From Promethearchaeota archaeon Loki_b32 (GTDB lineage: Archaea; Asgardarchaeota; Lokiarchaeia; Sigyniarchaeales; SOKP01), in contig NJBH01000028.1 of NCBI GenBank assembly GCA_005223125.1, forward strand, positions 1-53,413: a DNA stretch of 53,413 bases. Reading direction: 5' to 3'. The position numbers were made by a program, and so were the translations under genes. The notes beneath the pieces are model-generated. The model had not been told where the DNA came from and made no database searches. It saw only the letters and a list, made by a program, of their open reading frames with translations. This document shows, piece after piece, positions 27,304 to 37,919 of this stretch. Each line of letters opens with the position of its first letter. The stretch's first letter is position 1.

Positions 27304-29454
27304 ATGGCTAACAAAGACATCTCATTTTTCTTCAACCCTAAAAGTATTGCAGTAATTGGGGCTAGTGCAACAAAAGGTAAAGTTGGTAATACCGTACTAA
27401 CGAATATCATAAGTTCGGGTTATTCAGGTAAGCTTTTTCCAATAAATCCTAGAGCTAATGAAGTTTGTGATCTGCCTTGTTATAAGAATGTTTTAGAAGT
27501 TCCTGATGATATCGATATAGCTATTTTTGTTATTCCTGGAAAATTTGTAAATGATGCCGCAGAAGAATGTGGTAAAAAGGGAATAAAAGGATTAATCATC
27601 ATTTCAGCAGGATTTAAAGAAATTGGTGGAGAAGGCGTTGAACGAGAAGAACAACTTATTGAAATCGGAAAAAAATATAATATGAGAATTTTAGGTCCAA
27701 ATTGCTTGGGGTTAATTGGACTCAATTATAATGGTTCATTCGCAGCAGAAACTCCTAAGAAGGGAGGGATTGCCATGATATCCCAGTCAGGCGCTATGCT
27801 GACAGGAATGATGGACTACAGCATGACACAGGCTTTTGGATTCTCTTGTAATATTAGTCTTGGGAATAAAGCTGATTTAGGTGCTGTTGATTTTATACAG
27901 TTTTTAGCTGATGATGATAATACTGATGTTATCTTATGTTATTTAGAAAGTATTAAAGATGGAGATAGATTCTTAGAAGTTTTGCCTAAAGCGACTCGGA
28001 AAAAACCCATTGTCATATTAAAATCAGGTGTAAGTGAAGCGGGTGCCAGAGCTGCCACGAGTCACACCGGAGCATTAGCGGGAGCAGATATAGCTTATGA
28101 TTTAGCATTTGAAAAATGTGGAGTTATTAGGGCTAAAACAATAGAAGACTTATTTGATTATGGGGAAGTTTTCTTATATCAACCTGTTCCAAAGAAAAAT
28201 TCATTTGCAATAATTACAAATGCGGGAGGTCCAGGTATTGTAGCAACTGATGCATTTGAGCGAGAAGGCTTAAAATTTGCTGGATTTTCCGAACCAATTC
28301 TCCATGCCCTAAGAGCAAAATTACCATTAGAAGCAGCAATATTTAACCCAATTGATATTGTTGGAGATGCTGCCCCTGATCGTTATGAATTTACAATGAA
28401 ATCTATTTTTGGTTTAAATTCTGGTCAAGAGCTTGGGGAAATAACTACAGAAGGTGCTCTAATAATTGTTACTCCACAAGCTCAGACAAGACCTACTGAA
28501 GTGGCAAAACTTATCCATATGATTTCTGCGAATGAATTAAAAGAAAAACCAATTGTGTGTTCTTTCATAGGTGGAAAGAATATATCAGAAGGTAGAGAAT
28601 ATTTAAAGCAAAATCATATTCCGTGTTATAACTTTCCAGATCGAGCCGCTCATTCTTTAAAAACCTTAATAAAACGACGTGCTTATTTAAATAGTGCTCC
28701 TTTAGATAAATTGGAAATTCCTTCATTTGATGTTAATAAAAAAAGAGTGAAGGAAATATTTACTAGTGTTAGAGAAGATGGTAGGATAGTTTTATTAAGC
28801 TATGAAACTAGTGAAGTATTTGATTGTTACGGCATAAAATCTCCAAAATCAAGATTAGCTCAAACCCCTAGGAAAGCAATGGCATTACAATCTGAGATTG
28901 GAAAATCAGTAATGAAGATTGTTAGTCCACAAATTATACATAAAACTGACGTTGGTGGAATTTTGTTAAATATCGAAACAGAACAAGATGCTTTCGAAGC
29001 CTATATACAAATAGTTAACAATGCTAAGAAATTTGGTCCTCAAAATGCTAAGATTTATGGTGTTGAAGTACAAGAAATGATTGACTTCAAATCGCAAGAA
29101 AAAGTTAATGAGATAATTATTGGAATGTCACGAGATCCTGGTTTTGGTCCTATGCTCATGTTCGGGATGGGAGGAATATATGCAAATTTTATGAAAGATG
29201 TATCATTTGCATTGGCATATAAGTATACAAGAGAAAGTGCTAAACAACAAATAGAGAATACAAGAGTTTTTAGCCTTCTGCAAGGAGTAAGAGGTGAACC
29301 TGCCTCGGATATTGAAGCGATAATCAATGTAATGTTGAGACTTTCACAACTTGTTGTTGATTTTCCGGAGATAGTTGAATTGGATATTAATCCTCTTTTA
29401 GCTTTTATGAAGGGTTACAGTGCTGTGGATATAAAAATCACAATAAAAAGATAA
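27304..29454 (+). CDS. acd: ADP-forming acetate/acyl-CoA ligase, fused alpha+beta
   Basis: PKSIAVIGAS, GPNCLG, SQSG, SHTGAL (phospho-His), HKTDVGG and ELDINPL. Start moved to ATG 27304. Confidence 0.93.
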   Translation: MANKDISFFFNPKSIAVIGASATKGKVGNTVLTNIISSGYSGKLFPINPRANEVCDLPCYKNVLEVPDDIDIAIFVIPGKFVNDAAEECGKKGIKGLIIISAGFKEIGGEGVEREEQLIEIGKKYNMRILGPNCLGLIGLNYNGSFAAETPKKGGIAMISQSGAMLTGMMDYSMTQAFGFSCNISLGNKADLGAVDFIQFLADDDNTDVILCYLESIKDGDRFLEVLPKATRKKPIVILKSGVSEAGARAATSHTGALAGADIAYDLAFEKCGVIRAKTIEDLFDYGEVFLYQPVPKKNSFAIITNAGGPGIVATDAFEREGLKFAGFSEPILHALRAKLPLEAAIFNPIDIVGDAAPDRYEFTMKSIFGLNSGQELGEITTEGALIIVTPQAQTRPTEVAKLIHMISANELKEKPIVCSFIGGKNISEGREYLKQNHIPCYNFPDRAAHSLKTLIKRRAYLNSAPLDKLEIPSFDVNKKRVKEIFTSVREDGRIVLLSYETSEVFDCYGIKSPKSRLAQTPRKAMALQSEIGKSVMKIVSPQIIHKTDVGGILLNIETEQDAFEAYIQIVNNAKKFGPQNAKIYGVEVQEMIDFKSQEKVNEIIIGMSRDPGFGPMLMFGMGGIYANFMKDVSFALAYKYTRESAKQQIENTRVFSLLQGVRGEPASDIEAIINVMLRLSQLVVDFPEIVELDINPLLAFMKGYSAVDIKITIKR

Positions 29455-29514
29455 AAAATAATTAATAATAAAGTTATAATAAAAATAAGGAAGGAATTAC
29501 AAGAAGGGAAGAAA

Positions 29515-30576
29515 ATGGTAGAAATATTTTATTTAAGTTCATTAGAAGAAAACGCTGGAAAAAGTTTTCTTTCAATTGGTTTTATTCAAAAATTAGAAAA
29601 AGAAAGAAAAAAATATGCCTATTTTAAACCAATAGGGATTCCTAAAAGTGCGTTTACAAATAAAGCCGACCCAGATGTTGGTTTCATCTTAAATACGGTT
29701 TATAAAACAGATCATCCATATGATTTTATATCCCCTGTATCGATTCCAGATGCATATTATGTTGATTTGGTCGACACTGGTAAAAAAGAAGAGTTTTTAA
29801 ATAAGATTAAAAAGGCATATGAGAAAATTACTAAAGATGTCGATTATATTGTTATTGAGGGTAATCCCAGCATCAGGAAATTCATTAGAGTAGGTCTTGA
29901 TGATGTTAGTATAGCGGAAACTCTCGGAATAAATGAATTGATCTACGTTTCAACAGAATCTACAGATCGATGTATTGACAATTTTTTCTTCGCTAGAAAT
30001 TATTATGAATTCCGTAATGTTAGTATTAAGGGTATCCTTTTCAATAAAATTGACTATGAATATATTGCACGAATTAAAGAGCTTACAAAAGACCATATAA
30101 ACAGATATAACATTCCTGTTTTAGGAATAATAGAAAAGAGTTTAGAGTTATTTTCACCTCGAGTAAGTGAAATAAAAGAGCAAATTGGAGGAGAACTAAT
30201 AAATGAACAGTCATCATCAGGGTTAAATAATCTTGTAGAAACATTCCTTATAGGAGCCATGAATTCACAGGCTGCTTTAAAATATTTACGGCAAGTTCAC
30301 CGAGCTGCATTTATTACAGGTGGTGATAGAACAGATTTAGCTATGGCTGCTTTAGATCAAAATGTATCAACTCTAATATTGACGGGATTTATTCAGCCAG
30401 ATATGGGAGTCATTACTGCTGCAAATGAAAAGGAGATACCGATTATCTTAAGCCCCTCTGACACATATACAACAATAAGAAATTTAGAACGGTTGAAACC
30501 AGGTATTCAAGAAGATGAGATGGAAAAAGTTCTCCAACTTATTGAAAAAGAGATTAATTGGGACTTGTTGTTATAA
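29515..30576 (+). CDS. Phosphotransacetylase N-terminal-like protein (BioD-like P-loop plus DRTGG domain)
   Basis: NAGKS, YFKPIG, VIEG and ITGGDRTD; no Pta catalytic domain. Confidence 0.88.
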   Translation: MVEIFYLSSLEENAGKSFLSIGFIQKLEKERKKYAYFKPIGIPKSAFTNKADPDVGFILNTVYKTDHPYDFISPVSIPDAYYVDLVDTGKKEEFLNKIKKAYEKITKDVDYIVIEGNPSIRKFIRVGLDDVSIAETLGINELIYVSTESTDRCIDNFFFARNYYEFRNVSIKGILFNKIDYEYIARIKELTKDHINRYNIPVLGIIEKSLELFSPRVSEIKEQIGGELINEQSSSGLNNLVETFLIGAMNSQAALKYLRQVHRAAFITGGDRTDLAMAALDQNVSTLILTGFIQPDMGVITAANEKEIPIILSPSDTYTTIRNLERLKPGIQEDEMEKVLQLIEKEINWDLLL

Positions 30577-30688
30577 TTTATATGCTAGGTTTGCTTCATT
30601 TTTTCTTTTAATCTCTTGATAAAGAGTTTTTCCTTTTTAAATTAAGGTTAAATAAGATAAATAAAGAAAAAAAAGGACATATAATATC

Positions 30689-30913
30689 TTAAAAGAAGAA
30701 GCCGCCGCCGTTGCCGTTTAAACCACTTAAAATTATTCCTACTAAAACTAATGGTGCTATTATCCATAAAACTATTCCTACTACTCCTAAGGCTTTTGAA
30801 TCATCTTTAGCTATACCAATTGCTCCAAATACCATTGCGAGGATTGGAAGTCCTATTCCCCAGAAAGCATAAAAAACAAAAGTTAATACAATTGAAAGTA
30901 CTCCAAAAATGAT
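30689..30913 (-). pseudogene. Small membrane-protein gene lacking its 5' end
   Basis: 74-codon open frame IIFGVLSIVL...AMVFGAIGIAKDDSKALGVVGIVLW...GGGFFF*, preceded directly by an in-frame TAA. Confidence 0.6.
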
Positions 30914-31040
30914 TTAGATAATTAACAATTCGTTTAAATTATAAATAGTAATTAAAATAGTAAATTTAATTAGAATTGAAACATGAATTCAAGTAATAGA
31001 TTTAGTTCAGCTATTATTAAACAAGTTAAAATGGATTTTT

Positions 31041-31277
31041 ATGGTTTCTCAAAGAGTTAAGGAAATTTCATATGCTATTCGTGAAATAGCCGCAGTTGCT
31101 AATAGAGTTGTTAAAAGTGGAAAAGAAATTTATCATTTAAACATTGGAGACCCTGTTATTTATGATTTTAAAATGCCGGAATATATTTCACAAGCTTTAG
31201 CTGATGCTTCTTTTAATGGGAAAATTTTTACCAATTTGATTCTAATTAGTGAATTTTATTGGAAATATTTCTTTTAA
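31041..31277 (+). pseudogene. N-terminal fragment of a class I (alanine-type) aminotransferase
   Basis: SQRVKEISYAIREI...YHLNIGDP..YDF matches the AlaAT N-terminus; similarity stops after about 60 aa of a roughly 400-aa family. Confidence 0.85.
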
Positions 31278-31323
31278 TTAAATTATAAATATTATATTTG
31301 CACTATATAGTTTTGAGAGAAAA

Positions 31324-32439
31324 ATGATAATAGGAATCCCTAAAGAAATAAAACTTGGAGAAGGAAGAGTAAGCCTTACTCCATATAATGTTGAAGAACT
31401 TATTCGTTTAGGCCATAATGTAATTATCGAATGCAATGCAGGAAAAAACGCAGGATTTAACGATGAGGAATATATAAAAGCAGGATCAAAAGTTTATGAA
31501 GCTAAAAAGCAGATCTATTCAAACTCAGACATACTTGTTAAAGTGAAAGAACCAGTCTTGGGAGAATTAAATTTTTTTAATCCTGGACCAATTTTATTTT
31601 CTTTCCTGCACTTATCTGCTGTCAAAGAATTGACAGATGTTTTTATGAGGGGTAATTCAACTGCAATTGCATTTGAATCAGTTGAATTAGATAATGGACA
31701 TTTACCAATTTTAATACCAATGTCAGAGATTGCAGGAAGGATGGCGTTGATAAAGGGTGCTAATTTGCTTACAATACATAATAAAGGTAAAGGTATTTTA
31801 TTAGGAGGCGTTGCTGGAGTTTATAGAGGTCATGTTACTGTACTAGGAGGAGGTACTGCAGGTGTAAGTGCTGCCTTAGCAGGGTATGGTTTAGGTGCTA
31901 ATGTAACAATTTTAGAAAAGAGTATTAAGCGAATTAGATATTTAAAAGAGATTTTACCTAAAGGAATTAATATCATTATGTCCAATACAAGAAATATAAG
32001 AAATAGTGTTAAAGAATCAGAAATTTTAATAGGAACAGTATTAATTCCAAACGCAAAAGCACCAAGAATAGTTACAAGAGAAATGGTTAGATCCATGAAA
32101 CCTGGATCTGTAATTGTAGATGTTTCAATAGACCAAGGAGGTTGTATTGAGACTAGTAGAGCCACAACTCATGAAGACGCAACTTATATTGATGAGGGTA
32201 TAATTCATTATTGTGTAACTAATATGCCTGGAGCGTATCCAAGGACAGCTACAGAAGCTCTTTCTGAAAGTTTATTTCCATACTTATTAAATTTAATATC
32301 TGATGATGATCTTATAAAAGTACTAAAAGAAAGTCCCCCATTAAGAAGAGGTGTTAATCTACTTAAAGGAGTTATAACAATTAAGGAAATTGCGGAAACT
32401 TTCAATTATCCGTATAAGCTCATAGAATCCCTTTTATAA
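31324..32439 (+). CDS. ald: Alanine dehydrogenase, bacterial AlaDH/PNT family
   Basis: [38 protein letters not shown] and YCVTNMPG. Confidence 0.95.
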   Translation: MIIGIPKEIKLGEGRVSLTPYNVEELIRLGHNVIIECNAGKNAGFNDEEYIKAGSKVYEAKKQIYSNSDILVKVKEPVLGELNFFNPGPILFSFLHLSAVKELTDVFMRGNSTAIAFESVELDNGHLPILIPMSEIAGRMALIKGANLLTIHNKGKGILLGGVAGVYRGHVTVLGGGTAGVSAALAGYGLGANVTILEKSIKRIRYLKEILPKGINIIMSNTRNIRNSVKESEILIGTVLIPNAKAPRIVTREMVRSMKPGSVIVDVSIDQGGCIETSRATTHEDATYIDEGIIHYCVTNMPGAYPRTATEALSESLFPYLLNLISDDDLIKVLKESPPLRRGVNLLKGVITIKEIAETFNYPYKLIESLL

Positions 32440-32469
32440 TACTAAATTAATTTTAAAAGGCTAGAATAA

Positions 32470-32748
32470 ATGGCGTCGGCAAGAGAAATAAAAAACGAAA
32501 GAAAAGCAATTTATTTTGATATCATTTGTGGCATCACATCGTCAGTTTTAGCATTAACTGGTATAACTTTTGCTGCTATTTCGCACCGGATTTATAGTAT
32601 GGGATGGTTCACAGTTAGTGTTACATTTTGGACTGGTTATTTATTATTCTCTTTTTTCTTAATAGGTTTAGGGATTTATACTTGGAAAAAAGAAAAGAAT
32701 TTTGATAGTACAGAGCCAAGAAAAGATATAAAAGCACCAATAGTTTAA
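32470..32748 (+). CDS. Small two-TM membrane protein
   Basis: 92 aa with two hydrophobic helices. Confidence 0.65.
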   Translation: MASAREIKNERKAIYFDIICGITSSVLALTGITFAAISHRIYSMGWFTVSVTFWTGYLLFSFFLIGLGIYTWKKEKNFDSTEPRKDIKAPIV

Positions 32749-32906
32749 TATTATTACTTTTTCGGTCCTTTTATACACTTCGAGCATGGATCGAAGAAGC
32801 TGTTTTTAATAATAAATCTTCACCTCATTAGAATAACTATGATTTGGGAAAGAATTCTAAAAAAAAATAAATAATAGAAAAAAATTATGATTAAATTATT
32901 AATTTT

Positions 32907-33401
32907 TTATTTATCTGGTGCTTGTTTTCCTAACCATTTTTCATAGAATGTATCAATATCTGGTAGAAAGTTAAAGGTTGTAGGATATCCGGGGGGTACA
33001 GCTTCAACGTCAAGGAGAGTAAAACAACCGGGGCATAAGTATTCTCTAAGTTCTTGCCAGGTAGGATCGCTTCCCATATCCTTGAGATAGAGTTCCTCAA
33101 TTGTTTCAAATGTATCTCTTACTCTTACTCGACATTTAGTTTTCCAATTTTCATTATAATTTCCAAATTCAAATCCACAGTCACATTTAACAATTCTATT
33201 ATTTTCCTTTAAGACTATGTACAAATGCTCATGAAGAGGCAAAATTATTTTTTCAGGCCAAGAAACACGTTCTTGTAGAATTTCGAGAATTTTTTCAAAT
33301 CTATCAGCATCCTTTCTTCCACTTATAATTAATCTTAATTCTTCCCAAGATAACTTTCCTTCAATCATCATTTCTAATGTTTTTTTATCATATTTCACCA
33401 T
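32907..33401 (-). CDS. acxC: Acetone carboxylase gamma subunit
   Basis: KCDCG...ENWK...REYLCPGC...EAVPPGYP..F.PDIDTFYEKWLG. Confidence 0.92.
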   Translation of the reverse strand: MVKYDKKTLEMMIEGKLSWEELRLIISGRKDADRFEKILEILQERVSWPEKIILPLHEHLYIVLKENNRIVKCDCGFEFGNYNENWKTKCRVRVRDTFETIEELYLKDMGSDPTWQELREYLCPGCFTLLDVEAVPPGYPTTFNFLPDIDTFYEKWLGKQAPDK

Positions 33402-35618
33402 TTAATCCACCTCCACCGTGAAATCTTCGGGAAGATTCCAGAATTCTAAAAAGTTCTTTTTCCATTTATCAGATAATTCTAAACTTTCTTTATACATTCT
33501 TTTTACTGGTTTAATTAATTGGTTTTCAACTATTTTATTTCGCTCCTTCTCCCAAAATTCTTCAAATGTCATTGATTTTTCTTTTCTTTCATTTAAAATT
33601 TCTTTTCTTCTTTCTTGAGTTGCCTTTTCATCAATTATCCATTCTTCTTTTTCTTTATTAAATTTTGCAACGACACCATAAATATAATTAACTTTTTCTT
33701 CCGTGTAAATTCCATCATTTAGGTCTTGCTCAACTGATTTAACATCTCTCTCAAGTGGATCTCCATAACCTGGACCTCCACTCATACACCAATGAAACAT
33801 ATCATAATTATCTAATGAAATGGGATACATTTGAGCATATGGTTTTCTTATAATATCTCCCTTTAACAAGCGTTCAAATTCACCATTTGCAGGGTCAGGA
33901 TCCCACAAAGGGTAATCTTGCTGATTCTCAAAAATCTCCTTTAAATTTGTATTCTTAGCAATAAGTCTATAAGCTGTGGGCTGAGGGTATCCCCCATGCA
34001 TTCCTCCAGCTCCACTAAAAACCAAACCTTCAGCAATTCCAAAAAATTCTACATCTTTAGAATTAGCTACAAAAGCGATTCCCCCATAATTTGAACCTCC
34101 TCGATATTTCCCGTGACCAGCATTATTAGGTTTAACTTTTCGTGCCAAATAAGGAACACCTCCTTGAAATAGTTCCCAAGTTTCTACATCACCTAAATCT
34201 GATTCAGGATTCCACATAGCATAACCCCAATTTAATCCATCTCTTACTGCACTTGCTCCTAATCCTTGACCACTTATTTCGAAAGTAGATAACATCCATA
34301 ATTGTCCTTCTAGGGGGCCAGCATTATATCTCCCTCCTCCTTGAATAGCGTCTCTAGTGAGCCCATATCCACTAAAGACTTCTTCTCTATAACCCCTTGA
34401 AAATAATCCATAGGAAAGACATTTCATCATACAAGAATATGCTGGGATTAAATTTGCCCATGGATTTTGATAAGATAGATAAGGGTCTCCTGGATTAGCC
34501 CATGAGCCTTTTGGAAAATAATTATTTACCGCAAAATATGCTCCATCATTGACTTTATCACCGTAAATTAAAATTTGTGTTAATAAAACCCAAGTAGCTC
34601 CAGATAGTGCTCCAACGCCGCAATTTACAGAATTATATCCACAAGCACTAGCACCATCAAAAGAAAGGTTTAACTTTCCATTTTCGTCTGAAATAATTTC
34701 TAATGGTTGGTTATATATTTTATTAACTTTAGCTTTAGGTTGCCATGCTTCCCATTCGCCAACTTGGTCAATAAAGGATACTGCTCTATATCTACCAGGT
34801 ATTAATCTCTCAATTACTCTCTTTTTAAATATCCTTGTCCCTTCTTCAATTGCTTCACGAATAAATTGTTTGTAATAATCAATTCCTTCTATTTTAATAA
34901 ACTCTATAACAGCATCACTAATCATGAGATCTCCTGCTAACCTGCATTTTTCATCAAGCTCCCAATACATTGGAGTTCTTACAGATTTCTTCGCCGTGAT
35001 CATATGATCTTTCCAGATTCTGTTATTTGACCCTATTTTCTTACATGTATAATATACTCCATCATCAAAACGTTGGATTGATGACATTAAAACATGGCCT
35101 GGGGTAATACCACCGATATCAATTTCGTGAGTAACTCCTCCTGCCCACCCAATTAATTCATCTTCCCAAAAAATAGGAATGATTGTTTGAACATCAGTAG
35201 TATGTACATTTCCGCAATCCGGATCGTTATTAAGGAAGATATCACCTGGATTAATACCAGGATCATCTTCATAATCTTCTCTAATCATAAATTTAATCGC
35301 TTCGCTCATTGTATGAACATGTACTAAGATTCCTGTTGAAACTACAATAGAGTCTCCTTCCGGAGTATATAAAGCAAAACAAAGTTCCCCTATCTCTTTT
35401 ACGATTGGTGAAGCAGCAACATGCAATGCTGTTTCTCTAGCAGAGACTAAAGCACCCCTTAAACTTGCATATGCTCTTTCATATCTAAAAGGATCATGTT
35501 CTTTAAATTTAAGCGTATCAATTCCATAGTAATGCTGAGTTTCATTAAATAAATCATTACTTTCTTCAAGCATTTCTTTTATTTTTTTTCCTTTCCATCC
35601 AATTGGTTTTTCTGACAT
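33402..35618 (-). CDS. acxB: Acetone carboxylase alpha subunit (hydantoinase B family)
   Basis: ASPIVKEIGELCFALY, STGILVHVHTM, NNDP..GNVHTTD, VTHEID (metal ligands) and GGPGYGDPLER. Confidence 0.9.
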   Translation of the reverse strand: MSEKPIGWKGKKIKEMLEESNDLFNETQHYYGIDTLKFKEHDPFRYERAYASLRGALVSARETALHVAASPIVKEIGELCFALYTPEGDSIVVSTGILVHVHTMSEAIKFMIREDYEDDPGINPGDIFLNNDPDCGNVHTTDVQTIIPIFWEDELIGWAGGVTHEIDIGGITPGHVLMSSIQRFDDGVYYTCKKIGSNNRIWKDHMITAKKSVRTPMYWELDEKCRLAGDLMISDAVIEFIKIEGIDYYKQFIREAIEEGTRIFKKRVIERLIPGRYRAVSFIDQVGEWEAWQPKAKVNKIYNQPLEIISDENGKLNLSFDGASACGYNSVNCGVGALSGATWVLLTQILIYGDKVNDGAYFAVNNYFPKGSWANPGDPYLSYQNPWANLIPAYSCMMKCLSYGLFSRGYREEVFSGYGLTRDAIQGGGRYNAGPLEGQLWMLSTFEISGQGLGASAVRDGLNWGYAMWNPESDLGDVETWELFQGGVPYLARKVKPNNAGHGKYRGGSNYGGIAFVANSKDVEFFGIAEGLVFSGAGGMHGGYPQPTAYRLIAKNTNLKEIFENQQDYPLWDPDPANGEFERLLKGDIIRKPYAQMYPISLDNYDMFHWCMSGGPGYGDPLERDVKSVEQDLNDGIYTEEKVNYIYGVVAKFNKEKEEWIIDEKATQERRKEILNERKEKSMTFEEFWEKERNKIVENQLIKPVKRMYKESLELSDKWKKNFLEFWNLPEDFTVEVD

Positions 35619-35621
35619 TTT

Positions 35622-37793
35622 TTATACCTCCAAATGAAAAATTCTGTGCTTATCTAGTTTAACTTGAGCTCCAGGGGGTACAACCAATGTTGTTGCGGGT
35701 GCTTCTATAATTGCTGGGCCAATTATAATATTTCCAGCATTTATTAGCCCCATCTCCCAGATGTGCGCTTCATGCCATTTATTGTCCCAATAAAAATCTC
35801 GTGTGCCTTTAGCCGCATCTTCATTTGGATTTTCTCCACTTAATTTATGTTCTGGTAATTTAGGTTTTGGAACTGGAACGATACCGGTTCCAATCGCTTT
35901 AGTAATGTGATATCCAAGCTCTGGACTTTTTGTACCTCTACGATAAATTTCTTCAAAAAGATCATCATAACTTTTCATAATATCCTTTAATTCAGGTGAA
36001 TCATATCTTTCCAATTGAGGAGAGTAGTTTAAAGTTAACTCTTCTACTGGAGAATGTACTTCTAAATCATCCAACATACCAAAATATTGTACACGTAAAG
36101 AGGGTTTAAAAATCATTTCATTGGGATCCCTTCCTTCAGCTTCAAATTCTTTTATGATATTATTTTTTAATTCATTCCAAGTAGAACTAAGAATAGAAGA
36201 TACAAATGCAATCATACTTCCATCTGGTGGAATCACCAAATCAACTGATTTTTCATGCCTGTAAGAATGATCTGCGCAAGCACATCCATAAGCAGAAAAT
36301 GCTGGAGCCCATTCTGGGATTAATATCTCTTGAAAATTTAAACCTCTTGAATAGCCGGCAACATGTAAAGGTCCTCCTCCACCAAATGATATTAGTGTAT
36401 AATTTTCAGGTCTAAATCCTAAACCTTGTATCATTCCGTTAAGATGGTTTTTCATGTTAATTTCAATTAGATCTAAGGATCCACGAGCAGTGTTATAAGG
36501 ATCTGCCTTTAAAGGTTCAGCTAATTGTTCTTCTATATATTTGTATGATCTTTCTTTGTTTAAAGACACTTTCCCACCAAGAAAATAGTCCGGATTAAGA
36601 TAACCTAATATTAAACTACAATCTGTCATTGTAACTGTTTCAACTCCAGATTCCTCATTACAAACCCCAATTTTATAACCCGCGCTTTCAGGACCAAATT
36701 CTAATCGACTTGAAACTTCGTTGTATCTCACATACATACCTGTACCAGCACCAATTGAATCTAAGCCAATCATTGGAATGTTAAGAATGAACCTACCAAT
36801 AGAGCTTTCCCATTTAGTCGGCACATACCTTTCCATAACTAAACCTACATCGAAACTAGTTCCACCAACATCAGAAGATACTAGATTTTTGATCCCATAT
36901 TCCCTCGCAATGAATTGAGTCCCAATCATTCCACCAATTGGACCTGAAACCATAGTTGGAATAAGTGTTTTATGATAAGGAGATATAGTTCCCCCATATG
37001 ATGTTAAAATTCTTAGTGGGGCAAGAACGCTTTTTTGTTTCATTGTTTCAGCGATTTTTATTAACTGTTTTCTTGAAGGTTCAGCTGCGTATTGTTCAAT
37101 AATAAGAGCATTTAATCTAGGGGTTTCACCTCTCACAGGATTATGTTCACATGATAGAATGATAGGAATCTCCTTTCCCTTCTCTTTCATAACTTTTTCA
37201 GCGATCAATTTTACTTGTAATTCATGGCTAGAATTTATATATGAACAAAGTAAACATACGCAAATACTATCAACATTCTTATTTAGCAATTCCTCGACAA
37301 CTTTTTTTACATCCTCTTTATAAAGAGGAATTAATTCATCTCCCCAAAAATTAATTCTTCCACGAACACCTTTAATTTGTTTTCTTGGAATTAATGGTTT
37401 TGGATGTTCATGCTCTCTGGCATGTAACCGACCTGCATAATCAAGATAAATCCAGCATTGCAAAGCCCGACCGAGTCTATGTAAATCTTCAAAACCTGCA
37501 TTAACAATTACTCCTATATTGCTATTACCTTGACGTTCTAACAGTCTATTTACCATAGCCGTACCAGAATACACTAATGCCTCAAGAGATCCACCTGATT
37601 CTTCTATGTTAGTATTCCATTGTTCTAATGCATCTTCAATTGAGTTCAAAATTCCTTCAGATTCATTATCTGGAGTAGTTTGTGCTTTTCCTACCACAAA
37701 AGTCCCCTCTTCATCAATAATGAAAGTATCAGACATGGTTCCTCCTGTATCAAACGCCATGGCTATTAGATTTTTTGTTTTTGACATAATCAA
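35622..37793 (-). CDS. acxA: Acetone carboxylase beta subunit (hydantoinase A family)
   Basis: DTGGTMSD, GKAQTTP, SGPIGG, DVGGTSFD, GPESAG and FGGGGPLH. Confidence 0.9.
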   Translation of the reverse strand: MIMSKTKNLIAMAFDTGGTMSDTFIIDEEGTFVVGKAQTTPDNESEGILNSIEDALEQWNTNIEESGGSLEALVYSGTAMVNRLLERQGNSNIGVIVNAGFEDLHRLGRALQCWIYLDYAGRLHAREHEHPKPLIPRKQIKGVRGRINFWGDELIPLYKEDVKKVVEELLNKNVDSICVCLLCSYINSSHELQVKLIAEKVMKEKGKEIPIILSCEHNPVRGETPRLNALIIEQYAAEPSRKQLIKIAETMKQKSVLAPLRILTSYGGTISPYHKTLIPTMVSGPIGGMIGTQFIAREYGIKNLVSSDVGGTSFDVGLVMERYVPTKWESSIGRFILNIPMIGLDSIGAGTGMYVRYNEVSSRLEFGPESAGYKIGVCNEESGVETVTMTDCSLILGYLNPDYFLGGKVSLNKERSYKYIEEQLAEPLKADPYNTARGSLDLIEINMKNHLNGMIQGLGFRPENYTLISFGGGGPLHVAGYSRGLNFQEILIPEWAPAFSAYGCACADHSYRHEKSVDLVIPPDGSMIAFVSSILSSTWNELKNNIIKEFEAEGRDPNEMIFKPSLRVQYFGMLDDLEVHSPVEELTLNYSPQLERYDSPELKDIMKSYDDLFEEIYRRGTKSPELGYHITKAIGTGIVPVPKPKLPEHKLSGENPNEDAAKGTRDFYWDNKWHEAHIWEMGLINAGNIIIGPAIIEAPATTLVVPPGAQVKLDKHRIFHLEV

Positions 37794-37919
37794 ATCCTTT
37801 TTTTATTTTTTTTGTGATTTCCTTATAAATCTATTTTTAATTTTTAAATTAATAAAGCTTTTTACCTTAGAATTTAAATTTATAATATTTGATATCTAGA
37901 AAATAAAAGTGAAAGAAAT

